Source: Octopus sinensis (taxonomy: Eukaryota). From it: 64,000 bases of DNA. How positions within the stretch are numbered: the first letter of the stretch is position 1; every line of letters starts with the position of its first letter. Below are positions 38,456 to 52,947 of the stretch, in pieces. The notes below the pieces were generated by a model. That model ran no database searches. It was not told the origin of the DNA and saw nothing but the letters and a program-made list of their open reading frames with translations. Made by a program: the position numbers and the translations under genes. The stretch spans positions 35,464,001-35,528,000 of the forward strand of contig NC_043015.1 of assembly GCF_006345805.1 (NCBI RefSeq), written 5' to 3'.

Positions 38456-39954
38456 TTTGTCAATGCTAATATTAACCAAATACCTATATTCCGACTGGGC
38501 AATATTACAATCAGTTATTCACATATTGGTACGAAATATCGCCACTTATCAACGACTATCTGTTTGTGTCCGAGCTTCCAAACAGTCATTCGTGTACAAA
38601 TATATTACAGACCTTTCTAGATATTGATTGAACAGTTTTGGTCATCGTGTTTCGTTCGCTTTCTTTATTAATAACGCATGAGTGTGTGCGTGTGTGTATG
38701 CGTGTGTGTGTGTGAGTGTGTGTGCGTGTGTGTCTGTGTCAGTTTATTTTTTCTCTTTTTTTTCTTTATTCGTATTTTTTTGTTTGTTTTTGCTGTCTGA
38801 AAGCAATGTCAGGACATCATAATAGAAATATTAGAAAGATCAAATACAGATTTAGACTGACCATATGACATTTATGGAAAGAGGTTAACTAATAGACACG
38901 CCGAAGAAAAAGAAGAAAAGGAGAAGAAAGACAGTGAGATAAAAGAGATAACTTAGCAGTGAACAGGAGAGAGATTAGAGAGCTTAGAGGTAGGTGTGAG
39001 AGGGAGAGAGAGGGGGGTAAAAGAATTACACACATCTGTATGTATGTATGTATTTGTGTGTATATATATATATGTGCATATACCTACGTATATATAAACA
39101 TTTATATGTAATATATACATGCATACACACAATTATAAGAGCCAGTGGGATTAGAGAGAGAGAGAGAGAGAGAGAGTTAGAGATAAAATAGAAACATTAA
39201 GATAAATAAGGATAAAGAAGAGGCTGTTTACGTGGAACAGATATAGAATCTACACACCCACACACACACACATACATACAGATGTATACTTACACTATAG
39301 AAACTAATATCTATCTATCTATCTATCCATCTATCTATGCATTGATATATATATTTATAATATACACACATGATAGACGTGAAGACCTTTGATTAAATTC
39401 ATACATCAAATGGCGGTTAAAGCTAGGTTCATCTATTGGTTATCACTTTATTTACTGGCGTAATTCTTGTCTTCTTTCGTCCCCTATTTCATCTTATCAT
39501 CGTCGTTGTTGTTGTTGTTGTAGTTATTCTCGAGGCTGTCTTTGCTCTCCATCCCTGTTTATTGTTATCCTTTCATCACTACAAAATCAATTTCGTATTG
39601 GCTGATTCTTAAATCCGTTCCAACAACAACAAAAAAACCCTCCAAACAAATACAAAAATAAGAATGAAAAAATAATATAAAGTAACGATATATAAAGAAA
39701 TAAACCAAGTAATCTTCAAAACGTTATTTGCATCTAATTTAATCCAGTCGAGCATCAAGCTAACAAACCACTTACTAATTACGCACAGTTTCTGAGTATT
39801 ACGGATGATTAGCGATCAGTGAACCCGGAACGGGGCGTCAATGTTGGTTCCGAAATAGGTGTGTGTGTGTGTGTAGGTAGGTAGGTAGGTCGGTAGGTAG
39901 GTAGGTAGGTATGTGTGCATGTATGTGTGTGTGTATGTATATTTGTATGTGTGT

Positions 39955-40130
39955 GTGGAGGCACATGGCTTAGTGGTTAGGGGGTTGTACTCATTTCATG
40001 ATCGTTAAATTGTGGTTCCAAATCCCAGAGTAGGCGATGCGTTGTGTTCTTGATCAAAACACTTCATTTCATGTTGCTCCAGTCCACTCAGCCGGCAAAA
40101 ATGAGCAAACCGGCCATGGACGGGCCTCCC
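39955..40130 (+). mobile_element. Degenerate tRNA-derived SINE head (family B-like)
   Basis: ggaggcacatggcttagtggttaggg...gttccaaatccc resembles the heads at 15225 and 55032. Confidence 0.6.
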
Positions 40131-40381
40131 GTCCACTGAGGGAGGAATATGGACGCCAGAGAAGCTAGGAGAGCAGTCTTAAGAGCGTTTGGCTCGAGAA
40201 AGACTTTACATATATTTTAAATCCTAAAGTGCAGCACCACAGATGACGACTCATAGCCGCAAGTGGTAAACGTGCTCTCAAGGCACACCACTAGGGACAT
40301 ATCCAAAACAAGGTTTGGATACTACATTCTAAACTCTCCAATATAAACTTTAATTTTAAACATAACCTACAAATATATACA

Positions 40382-40419
<38 letters not shown>

Positions 40420-42124
40420 ATATTAGAGTAATGAGAATTATAGAAATTATTATTACCAATGGTCTAGCACAAAGAAGAACTAGTCAATAGACTATATATT
40501 ATTCACATAAAATTATCGTATACATAACACATTAAGAGGCTTCCAAATAGGAAAGCCTTCCTATTTGAAAGCCTCTTAATGTGTTCTAATATACACGATA
40601 TTTTTATGTATATATATATATATGTATGCATGTATGCATGTATGTATATGTATGTATGTATACACACAGATATAGGCTTGGAAAGAGCATCAGCTAAATA
40701 TGCAAAGCGCAAGCTGTCAACTTCGCAATTGTATATAAAAGCGAGGGGGATGGATTATACTACACAAAAAACAAAAAGCACAAAGGGAATGTTTTGCCGA
40801 ATTTAAATGAAAACTCGAACACCATGGACGGATATTGAAGACGTTGTCAGACGTCTATAAAAGATTATTGCAAAAACTCTCACTAAGTATCGGACGATTC
40901 ATTCTAACTCTTAAAATCGATCTGAAAGCATTGTTGGAGGGATTTCATCCTCCTAACAAAGATCTCTTTCGGTTATAGTTGTGAGAGCAATCTGTGAGAA
41001 GGTTTTTTTTTTTCCAGATGCACGCATAGGAGTTCATCTTTGATAATTACGACATAGATGCACCTCACTGAGAGCCCAGATTAGAAGGATGTGGACGGAG
41101 AGGATGAAAGAGGTTTTGTTTTGAAAACTTTAAATCTCAAGATTACCGATGATCTTCGTAGAGTGATGGTCCTAAACATGACAAACAATTAACGCAATGT
41201 TCTCAAACTAGTGACCGCATGCTGCGCGGCCAGATTTCTTCAGGCGCCTGGAACCGTTCCAGCTTTTATCACCATAGGACAACTGGAACGGTATCTTAGA
41301 GGCACAAGAGAATTGCGTGGAGTTGCTCGATCGGAGAGGAGGTTGGGGTGTAATAGTTCTACACAGACGTTTCCAACTGTCTGACATGTTCTCACGTAGC
41401 TGTACCATAAGCAACGAGTGGTGGGGGCATTGAGACACTCAAAAAATTTCAGGGAAGGCATTAGGAGAAAGAGACAAGAATTTGAAAACGATCCACAACC
41501 ATGATGATCACAGAAGACCAAAAAACGTCTTTGGCAACAAATGAGGCGAGAGGTAAACTGAGCTGCTCAGTGATTCCCTTTCCACTGTTGAGCTCGGATC
41601 GGAAGCCCTTCGACATCCAACTGCTTGCTCTATTGTAGGGCATTCAAGAGTTGCAATGAAAAATAGTGCAAATGCATCAGTTTTGTTTAATGACTATGCT
41701 GAGTCGTACTTTGAGATATAAGAGCGATTATTAGACCAGCATTTGCAATTGGATCAACTTGTTTAAGTTATTAAAGATAAAAAGTGATGCACACTTTTGC
41801 GTAAAATACGAAAGAACTCTCGGAAATAGCTGAGTAATATGGACCATTTCGCGTAGGGTTACCTTGTATTGTCCGAGGTTTGCAGCCCAGAAACTGAGAG
41901 CATTTTACTTGAAAATTTTCTTTTTCTTTTCATGGGGGGAATTTATTTTGGCATCATTTATTATAGCTGTTCTTGATATCCATCCATCCATCCATCGATG
42001 TAACACTAGACTTTTCTGTTGCATTTCGCTTTTATATATATTCTCCTAAAATTCAGTAGATCTGAAGCCCTATAGAAGAAATTATGACTCTTCTTCTTCT
42101 TCTTCTTCTTATTATTATTATTAT

Positions 42125-42340
42125 CTTTTAGGCGGAGAGCCGGCAGAATCGTTATTAAGCTGGTGCAATGTTTAGCGTTATTTCGTCTGTCTTCAGGTTC
42201 TGAGATCAAATGTCACAAAAGTCGACTTTGCCTTTTATCCTTTCGGAGATCGACAAATTATGTACCAGTGAAACACTGGATTCGATATAATCCAGTCCCA
42301 TCAAATTCTAGGCCTTGTGCTTATAGTACAAAGGGTTATT
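42125..42340 (+). mobile_element. SINE family C copy
   Basis: ggcggagagccggcagaatcgtt...gtcgactttgccttttatcctttcggagatcgacaaattatgtaccag. Confidence 0.8.
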
Positions 42341-42562
42341 ATTATTATTACTATCAGCCGCAGCAGCAGCAGTAGTAGTAAAGCGAGTGGAGTTCAGTGT
42401 GGTGACATGTTCGTCTTAATATTCTTTTTTTTGGTTGGAGATCTTCCAGCAGCAAAACAATCAGATTTTAAGTGGGAAGCGATGTTTTGTACACTTCGTG
42501 CTGAACCAAACAATAAGTTCTGTATGCCATACGATGTGTTTGTGCGTATAAGTGTATGTATA

Positions 42563-42602
<40 letters not shown>

Positions 42603-44804
42603 TATATATACAGTTATGCGTATATACATATATATGTACGTATGCCTCTATATACACTACATACACAAAACACACTCTCGCTCACAAATTAACTCTCTCT
42701 CTCACACACACATGTACTGAAAGAAATGGCAAAAAGATAATGTTTAAATGCCCAGCAGGGCAATAAATGATTTTATATTTATTCATTTAAAGTCCCCTTT
42801 TTTTTAACATTTTAATAATATTTCGAGTAAAAATATTTTCGTAAAATCGTGATTTTTAATTGTGTAATAGATTGTGTGTGTTTGTGTGTCTGCGTGCGGG
42901 ATTCAATTTGTCTCTAGTCCTTTCCAAGTGCTTCTTGAAAAATGATTTTTAAAATTGCTCTGTACTTGGCCTGTCATTCGCTTAGACTCTCAGTGATGAC
43001 AAGCGTATGGAGACACTACACAGGTAATACGATCGCCACCGACCAGTTATTTCTGGCGGCACATCAACCGCAAACACCTCTATCTTGCGTCGCACCATTT
43101 AATAGACTACGAAGATTAATTCTTCATGTTTGATAGAGGCCGTCGATTGGTTTCTATCTTTTACAATAGCATAATGTGTGCTAAGAATGATATTCATTAT
43201 TTCGGCCATAAAGGATTTTAAGCATAAAATCCTTTTATCGTTACCGAATACCTTCTTTTAGAGCCTTTATGGTTACCAAACACCTCCTCGTTTTTTCTAC
43301 AATATATTCTAATATTTGTCTCGAGCCCCCTTGGTCTCATAACCCCGCTTACTCGCTTTCCATCGTGTATAACTGACCGAGAACACAAACTTTTCACTCA
43401 GAAACCGGTCTGTTGCAGATTTCAACGACAGCAATTTTAGAGTGAGGGGTTGGGGGTTAAGTCGGTTATACTGAACCCAATGTTCAACTACAAAAGATAA
43501 CCTTGATGGGTACAGGCCATATACTACAGAAAGCACTCACCATCTAAAATAGAATAAATGTGGTGATAATTTTAGCATATAGTTGATGTTGTATTCCCCT
43601 ATAACCCACGAATAGTCAAGAAGGAATGCGTCTGGAAACATGGGTGTGTTTTGTTCATCATACTTAAACAACCCTTATTCAGGGACTCTCTGAGTAGGAT
43701 AAACATCTCAACCGAAGAAAATTGTAACTGGGCCCCACCTGCAACGTCATGCGCTGTTTATCTTGATATGAGACCACCATATCGCGCACATATGGCTGTG
43801 ATACATGTGCCTGGTGAACACTTATCAGACGGGTAGTCATGATGGGTATATTGAGCTTCGCATATTTGTACCCCAGTGTCACTTTGATGGTATGCGCTGC
43901 TCTCTCACTCTGTAATAATAATGAGACTATCTATTTAATGATAATAATAACAACAAGATGAACAGTGATAACTAATAATATGGTAATATTTTCTGGAAAA
44001 TTGCTGGGATGTGGGGTTAGTTGATTAAATTGCTCCAAGTATTAGAATGGTACAAGAAATGCAAGAAGAACAATATATAAAATAACAGTAACAATGAAAT
44101 GAATGACAAATAACCCCCCCCCCCCAACAATGAAGAAAATATGAATTCTCTTTTAGCCTTGTTTTTTTCATTTTCTAAAGTAGAAATGTTGAAAAGTTAC
44201 TAAAACACAATAAATATTTATTGTAGACAGGAGAGTAAAAAAAATATAGTCACGTTTTCTTGTTTGATATGATATTAAGTTGAACTTGTAGATTCTTTCA
44301 CCTCTCCTTCTTTTCGTTACTTCTTCCACCCCTTTTCCCCTCTGTCTTCTTCCTTACTTCCATCCTCCTTTCTTTATTACTTCGCTTTCACTGTAACTCT
44401 CCATTTATTCCTCTCTAATCCTTCGCCCTTTTCACATTCCCTTCTGTTGTTTCTTAGTGTTTCCTCTTTTTTCTTCTCTAACTTGTCGTCCACGTTCCCC
44501 TTCTCCCCTTTTTTTCCTTCCTACTTTATCTTTCCACTCACTCACCCATACAATCTCATATCTGTCTCTACTTTCGCTGCCACCTCTGTCGCCTTTCCTA
44601 CTACTGCTGCTACTACTACATTATTTGTATTTTTAAAAGTATTTTATTTTAAAGGCTACACATACCTTAAAATGCAACCAGTTTCTGTTAAGTTTTGTCA
44701 CGATATTACGCACAAATCTAATGCGAAATACTAATACAAATGACACAGCAATGGCGTATCACTAATATTGCATTAAACATTACGTCAACCACGGAAGATA
44801 ACTA

Positions 44805-44842
44805 CGGAGACGTTTCAGTTGAATTAGGCATCATCAGCTAAG
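44805..44842 (-). other. Hammerhead core relic with broken helices
   Basis: Reverse complement CTGATGA TGCCTAATTCAACT GAAAC GTC; helices I and II do not pair. Confidence 0.25.
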
Positions 44843-45055
44843 TAAAGACTTTACCGATACAGCTGAAATAGTTATGGAATAAATACTTAGTAAATGTATA
44901 TTACTGTATATTGTTAGTGGAGACGGTTCATTATTATTATGAATAATAATAATAATAATAACGAAAATGAAGTAGATTGACAAGTTTATTTTTTGAACCC
45001 GTAGAACACGAGATGTCGAAATATCGTTCAGGTGATAACAATGGCACTTTTTGGC

Positions 45056-45094
<39 letters not shown>

Positions 45095-45095
<1 letters not shown>

Positions 45096-46950
45096 CAGTT
45101 AGAAACATTACTACAGACAGTACGTGGATTTACAAACGAAATAAACAGGACATTTGGCTTAGAAAAATGTGCCAAAGCAACCTTGAAAAGAGGAAAACTA
45201 GTTAAGAGTAGCAACATCACACTACATAATGCAAAGGAAATAAGAGAATTAGACCAAAGCGAGACATACAGATATTTAGGAATCAATGAACTAGATACAA
45301 CACACACAAAGAAAAAGACAAAATAAAAATAAAATACTATAGACGAGTTTGATTAATACTGAGAACAGAGCTTAATAGGAAAAACAAGATAATAGGTATC
45401 AACACCGTAGCCGTCCCAATTTACATCTATAATATTCGTAACTGGACTCTCTTTCTCTTTTTTACTTGTTTCAATCATTTGACTGCGGCCATGCTGGAGC
45501 ACCGCCTCTAGTCGAGCAAATCGACCCCGGGACTTATTCTTTGTAAGCCCAGTACTTATTCTATAGGTCTCTTTTTGCCGAACCGCTAAGTGACGGGGAC
45601 GTAAACAGACCAACATCAGTTGTCAAGCAATGCTAGGGGGACAAACACAGACACACAAACACATATATATATACATATATACGACAGGCTTCTTTCAGTT
45701 TCCGTCTACCAAATCCACTCACAAGGCATTGGTCGGCCCGGGGCCATAGCAGAAGATACTTGCCCAAGATGCCACGCAGTGGGACTGAACGCGGAACCAT
45801 GTGGTTGGTTAGCAAGCTACTTACCACACAGCCACTCCTGCGCCTATATAAATTAATCAAAATAGGCAGAAAAACAAGAAAAATAATGACGGGATTTAGG
45901 ATGCACCACCCAAAACCTGACATAGAAAGGCTACATGTACAACGAAGATGGTAGAGGCCTTATACAGTTCGAAAATTATTATAATACTTCAGAAGTAAGG
46001 AAAACTAATACAAATAACCACAAAACACGATAAAAAAAAAAAAAACTGTTTTCAGTCTTTAAGGAAGATGACAAATTCAAAAAGAAGTCATGGAATCAAA
46101 CAACTATGAAGAAAAAGAAGAAACAGCGAAAGCTGTAAAACAACTAATATCCAAACTAAAACAGGAACAGCAACGGATAAAACAATGGCGAGAGATGTCA
46201 CTTCATGACAAATACTGGGTTAAACAAAACAGAAAAGAAATAGACAAAGCAAATTCCCAACAATGGCTGAGACGCTCAGGACTCAAAGCAGAGACTGAAG
46301 GATTTTTAATTGCAGCACAAGATCAAAGCCTCCCCACCAGAATTTACCAAAAACATGTAATGAGAAGAAATACAAGTAACTGGAGAATATGTGGAGATGG
46401 ACAAGAAACAATAAATCATATTATCTCTGGCTGCCCAGTCCTTGCTAAGAAGGAATATATTCACAGGCACGACAGAGTTGGTACCTACACACACTGGAAG
46501 CTATGCCAACACAATGGGAATGACAACAGGAAAAAGAGGGTATAGGCACACGCCAGAAAAGGTTACAGAAAATGAGAAAGTAACCATACTCTGGGATATG
46601 CCAATACAAACAAATAGGGAAATTAAGGCCAATATGCCAAATACAGTTGTCGGAGATCACCAAGAAAAAGAATTGCTTCTAATTGCTGTATCAATATCAA
46701 AAGCCGACAATGTCTCTCTAAAAGAAACGGAGTAACTTTCAAAATACTAAGATCTGGAAACAGAGGTAACTCGAAGTCTAAAAACAGAAAATTCCTATTA
46801 TACTAGGTGCATTAAGTATGATAAAAAAAAAAAGACGAATACTCAACAAAAAAGCACCAGGACTACAAGTATATGTAACATAGAGAAAATAGCACTAATA
46901 GGCACCGCAAACATCCTATGTAAAACAATTTCAATAGAGTAAAAATAAGA
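45095..46950 (+). mobile_element. R4/Dong-like retrotransposon (RT end, CCHC region, RLE), interrupted by a SINE
   Basis: FGLEKCAKATLKRGK, YRYLGINE, GRKTRKIMT...HHPKPDIERL, LKAETEGFLIAAQDQSLPTR, ETINHIISGCPVLAKKEYIHRHD, ILWDMPIQT; begins at an (AAT)n tract. Confidence 0.92.
45450..45848 (-). mobile_element. Full-length tRNA-derived SINE family A nested in the Dong-like element
   Basis: Head ggcgcaggagtggctgtgtggtaagtagcttgc, internal ttgggcaagt motif, tail ...gcggtgctccagcatggccgcagtcaaatgattgaaac. Confidence 0.9.
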
Positions 46951-48052
46951 GCATCACAACAATCCACAGCTCATCCCCAAGGCACACAGATTATAAGCAC
47001 GTGAAAAAATGGCGGTTAAAATCATACATTTATTTTACGGTACACTATATAGTTCCACCTGGTGCGTATTAGGCACACTATGAGCAATTGAGGTAATTGT
47101 CTGCAGCTGCGGATGTGTAAGGACGCTGAAATACGTATATTGCTCACGTTGTTCAGAGCCCGGCTCCGTGAGTTATTTATGCGCGAAATCTTTCTTTTAC
47201 CGAGACAAGTATCCACAGCGAATACCTTCCACATTCTAGTGTATAGGAGAGAATTAAATTATAAATCTACATATTGTCATTTTGATCATCCATACTTCGT
47301 CAATATAAATAACTTAGAGCTTGACTAAGTCTCATCTCATTTGACTGTTGGTATATAAGAAAATATATTCTTGGCTTGCTATGAGCAACTTAGGTAGTGT
47401 ATGACACTGAAGAAGTTCTTCATGCCGAGGCACTTGTCAGACGGTATGGTGTCGAAAACCAGGGTCAGTGCGAGGAAGTTTTACAGACGCTATCTGCAAG
47501 GAGAAAGTTTTTCTGAGAAGGTCTTTCACACTCGAGTGTATAGGAAACATAGCGTACTCCACTACCAGTTAAGTTCATGTTCTTCATATTTAATTTAGAG
47601 AGCAACTGAGTAATTAACTCCAGTGACTTTAAGAACCGGTGTCACTAACGCCACTGAAATATCTAAAAGCAGTCACTGTGTCTACGTTTCGAATTCTCAT
47701 AAACCCCCTGTAACCACAGCCGCTCGTTTTCATCATTCTCGACTTTGAATACAAATTTAGAGTGTGTCATCTTTCGACGAAAAGTTGAATTTTGTTAATA
47801 GCTTTTAGGTTACGGGTTTTATTTTTTTAAATTTCAGGATGTCTTCCGACGTCTATTTTATTGCAATGAAACTGCGGTTTACTGCTGAGACTGCCGGCCA
47901 TAAACGACACCACAGAGTTTATTACCTCCATCAGTTTTCCAGTTAGGCTCATTCATCTGTATCATGTTTGATCGCCACCGGATACATATATATATATATA
48001 TATATATTTGTGTGTGTATGGGCGTGTATATATATATGTATATCTATACGTG

Positions 48053-48099
<47 letters not shown>

Positions 48100-48599
48100 G
48101 TACATATGTACATGCATATATATATATATATACATGCATGTATATATATGCGCGTAAATATACATACTTATTACTTATTTCGTATTGAATCTGCAATTTG
48201 GTATCTTGCCAACTTTTCCGCCATCATTCATTCCCAGCTGTGGACAATGCTTCTCCGTTCCCAACTTAATTCTTTTTTCATTGATTTTATTAGCATTTAT
48301 TGGATTGCCAGGATTGTGTGGCCCTTTTGGCACATTTCTCTGCATAAAAGTTCATACTGACCTTAATGCTTGACAGTTTTACAGTTTACAGTATATCTTC
48401 CAAATGTATCTCACAATTGGTTTTCATGATAATGTGCATGTCGGGCGAACGTAAAGATATTAGGTCCCACAAGTTTCGTAATCCCTTCACGTAAAAAGTA
48501 GGGGTTTGATTATTGAGCAGGAGCCAGAGAGAAGGGTGGATGGAAAATTTCCTTGGTATTATCGATTTGTCATCTCAGTCAATTTCCTGTTTCTTTCAA

Positions 48600-48820
48600 A
48601 GACACCTCGTTCGCTTCACCGACAATTCGTGGACTCGTGCAGCTGTCGAATGATATCTGCATGAGCGGAAGGCCTCTATTACGGTGGGTTGATGAAATGC
48701 AACAATGGCTTGGAGCTACATGGATGAGGTAGGCATGATCCAGAGAAGAATTGACGTCGTGCTGTGACCAGTGGTGTCGTAACGATGCCCGACAGTCTGG
48801 TCGGTAAAAGTGATCAAGAT
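48600..48820 (+). mobile_element. RTE-clade LINE 3' end
   Basis: TDNSWTRAAVE*YLHERK / GRPLLRWVDEMQQWLGATWM followed by a short 3' tail and (AT)n. Confidence 0.8.
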
Positions 48821-49640
48821 ATATATATATATATATACGTGTATGCATGCATGTATGTATATATGTATGTATGTGTGTATGTGTGTGAGTGAGCGTGCGC
48901 GCGTGTCTAAACAAAGCAGTATTATATTAATACAGCAATCTATATATCATGCTTATTGTAAATACTTCTTTGGAAGGTACATTTATTTCGGTATTCCTCC
49001 GAATATAACATTACTTATGAATGTGGTATGTTTAAAAATAGGGAGCTAGTACCACAAAAACATAACATAATATATATATATATATCGGTTGTATTTGGTT
49101 CTCCAAGATTTCCCTATCACTTTTTTCTCAGGTATTTTGTAGCAGGTTCGTGATCTTGGATTACAGGTGCATAGTTTTCCAAGTGTAATGAAACGCCACT
49201 TTATGGCATGTATATGTGTGTTTCCATTTATGTACGTATGTACGTATATATGCATGTATGGGTGTGCGTATGTATGACTGTGTGTGTATATGTATGCATC
49301 CTTGTGTGTAGGCAAATATAGTGAGCATGTATGCGTGCATGTATCTATTATATATTTTATATATTTCTATTATTGATGCATGTATATATGTATATGAATA
49401 TATGTGTATGGATGTACGTACGTACGTATTTATGTATGTATATATGTATATATGCATGCATGCATGCATGCATGCATAGATATGTATATGTGTATATAAG
49501 TATATGTATAAATATATGAATTTGCCTGTGTATATATGTATAAATATGTGTATATGTGTCCCCCCGTGGTATATGTGTATGTGTTTGTATCTGCGTGTCT
49601 GTATGTGTGTATATTTACAGAGTTATATATATATATATAG

Positions 49641-49693
<53 letters not shown>

Positions 49694-49911
49694 TAGCTCG
49701 GTATATAGATAGATGCATTGATTGAAAGAGAGAGAGAGAGAGAAGGGGAGAGAGTGACAGAGGTGGAGGAATAAAAGACATAACTTTAGAGAAAGAGAGA
49801 GAAAGACTGCAAATCAGATGTATGGCGGAATATTGCTACAGATGAAGGGATAAAAAGACAGTAAGATGGCTATCTGACTAAATAGATGTAAACAGAGATA
49901 CGTACAGAGAG

Positions 49912-49950
<39 letters not shown>

Positions 49951-50496
49951 AAGAGAGAGAGAGAGAAAGAAATTTGAGAGCGAAAGAAGGAACGAGAGAG
50001 AGTGTGTGAAAGAGAGGGAGAAACGGAGGAAGAAAGGCTGGTATGATAAGGAAACGTAGCTGCCAGGAGATGAATCTAATAATATTTCTCTATGGAAAGA
50101 CCAAGATAAGCATTAATGCTTCTTTCTGAAACATTACCAAATTCACAAGGTTGGGTCAATAGGTCATTGGCTATCTGATAAGTCACCGAGATGAGGTCAC
50201 CACGTGTTTGGCTTTATTTCTTTTGTTTTTTCTTTTAATGTTTTTGGTATTTGAATATAGGTTATAGACTACTTACAGACATACACACGTATATAAATGC
50301 ACATACAGGCATGCAATTGGACAAATATAGACAACATGAGTGTGAGTGTGTGTGTGTGTACGTATACGCGTGTGTTTGTGTGTGCGAGAGTGTATATGTA
50401 TACGCACAGAAAATGTAACGTGTGGAGGAGTGTTTTTGTACTTTAGTTATTCTGGCCGTGAGTTTCTACATGTATGTATGTGTGTATGGATGAATT

Positions 50497-50578
<82 letters not shown>

Positions 50579-51050
50579 ATGTATGAAAGTATGTATGCAT
50601 ATATATATATATATATATGCGCACACAGATATATATATATATATATATTTATATGCAATTGTATATAGGTTTATATTTCCGATTATACATAAACGTATAT
50701 ATAAAGATATGAACGCAAATGCATACAAATTGTATGATATATAAAATACACAAATGTGTCTGTGTATAGGAGTGTCTGTGTGAGCTTTGCTGTGTATGTG
50801 TGTATGTGTCTGTGTGTATGTAATGCTTAATGTATCTCTATCTTAAAAGATTTCAGAGTGTGCATGCACGGCACCAAGCACAGTAAACACGGCCTATATT
50901 TTCGAAGATTGTACAGAACTCACACTGCTCAGAGACATATCAGTCAGTCTGTCCGCCTGTCTGACTTTCTGTCTGTCTCTCTGTCCATCTATTTGCCTGA
51001 CTACCCATTTCTTTATGTGTGTTTATACATTTATATGCATATATATATAC

Positions 51051-51082
<32 letters not shown>

Positions 51083-51194
51083 GTATGTATGTATATGTGT
51101 CTGTGTGTGTGTGTGTGATGTATTTGTGTGTATGTGTGTGCATAGATGTATACACACAAAATGTGCGACCGTGTGTGTGAATATACATACAAAC

Positions 51195-51229
<35 letters not shown>

Positions 51230-52947
51230 CGAATGCATTCACATGCGTTTATGCTTACAGATTGGTGTGGTCTGAATCCATTAGTGACACAAATAGTTTA
51301 GTCCGGCTCCCACGGGGACAGAGAGAATTGAGTCCAAGAATTAAGAAATCATTTCATTGCTGACAGAGTGTTCCGGAAACGGTAAAGATTAATGCACGGC
51401 TGTACTTCAAATATTGTTATATGAGAAAGAAATACTATTATCAAAATTACAGCGCCATATTGTGGTGCGTTGTTTCTCGAGAAAGAGCAATTTCAGAAAA
51501 CTATATATATATACTTATTACAAATTTGAGATTTTACCAATAGAACCGCAACTCCTATTTCAGGATAACCTTATAGTATGGAATACACATAGAAAGTTAA
51601 ATCCAATAAAATAATAAAATAATACAAACATTTAAAAAACCTACAATAAAATACAATAAAAATATTTGAAAAATATATATAACTTACCTGTTATTAGTCT
51701 GTGGGGAAAGAATGCATTTTTAATCAACGCTACAAGTGTTCTGCACTGGTGGAGTGTTTATTAAGGCTATACCTAATACATAAATCCACCAGTGCGTCCT
51801 CAGGATATTTATCTTATTGTTATTATTATTAACGGATCAAATTTAAAAATACATATTATAAGTCATATTAAATAGAAAAATAAGAATATGAATAAAAAAT
51901 ATAAAATTATATATTACAAATATATTTTAAAACTTAAACATTTTAAAAATTACATATCTAAAATTACAATACCGATATATATAGAAAATGCTAACATTAA
52001 GGAAACCCTCGACGACTATATTATAAACACATCAAATCCTACAACCTATCTATATAAACATTATGGGAATTAATAATTTAGTGTAATATTTGCCCCTATC
52101 TATACAAGTATAAATTACCATTTTTTTAATGTCAAACGTAAGTTAATAGTATCTAAAAAGATTATTTAGTAAAAAACACTGCATACGTTATAAATTAATT
52201 GAATAAAATTAGTAAAAAAATAACAAAGAAAGGGTACTTACCGACATAATGTTTACTCCTTCTCATTCCTGTGTAAATGGCTGCTCCCTCTGTCAAGTAT
52301 TAAGAGAATAACATAAATAAAATACTCTGAAAAATTTTCGACGACTAATAATATTACAGAGGTTGAATTCAAGGAGAGATAACTGGAAATATGTTATACT
52401 CTTGAATCTAGCTCTAACTAGATTTTTTTTATAGTGTTTAAGATTTAGAGATTTATGTTAGATTAAATGTGGCTTGTCTATTCCTTGAAAGGTAATATTC
52501 TTTAATAAATTCTTGGTTCCAATATATCCTTATCTAATGCTACTATAAAATTATATATATATATATATATTCGAGTTTGTTCGATCGTGTATAGAAGAAT
52601 ACATTAAACAATGAAATTCCAACTTAGTCTCATTTTCACGTTTATTATTTCAAATTTTACACTTTTACAATATTGAGATAAACTAGTACTTTTATGCGTA
52701 ATGTAATCATCAGTGCAATTATGCAGTGAAAGTCGTGTTCCACAACTGACTGTTGGGAAAATGTTGAATTTATCCTTTAAAAACTCTCCGATTGGCTCCA
52801 GCAGATTGAATCTTACGAACTGTATCTTGACCAGTCAATATGTGGCTTAGATATCAGATTAAGTTAGAATTCCATTGATTTATATATATATATATAATAT
52901 ATATATACTAGATTGATTTATATAGGAGGGTCTACTGCATATATATA

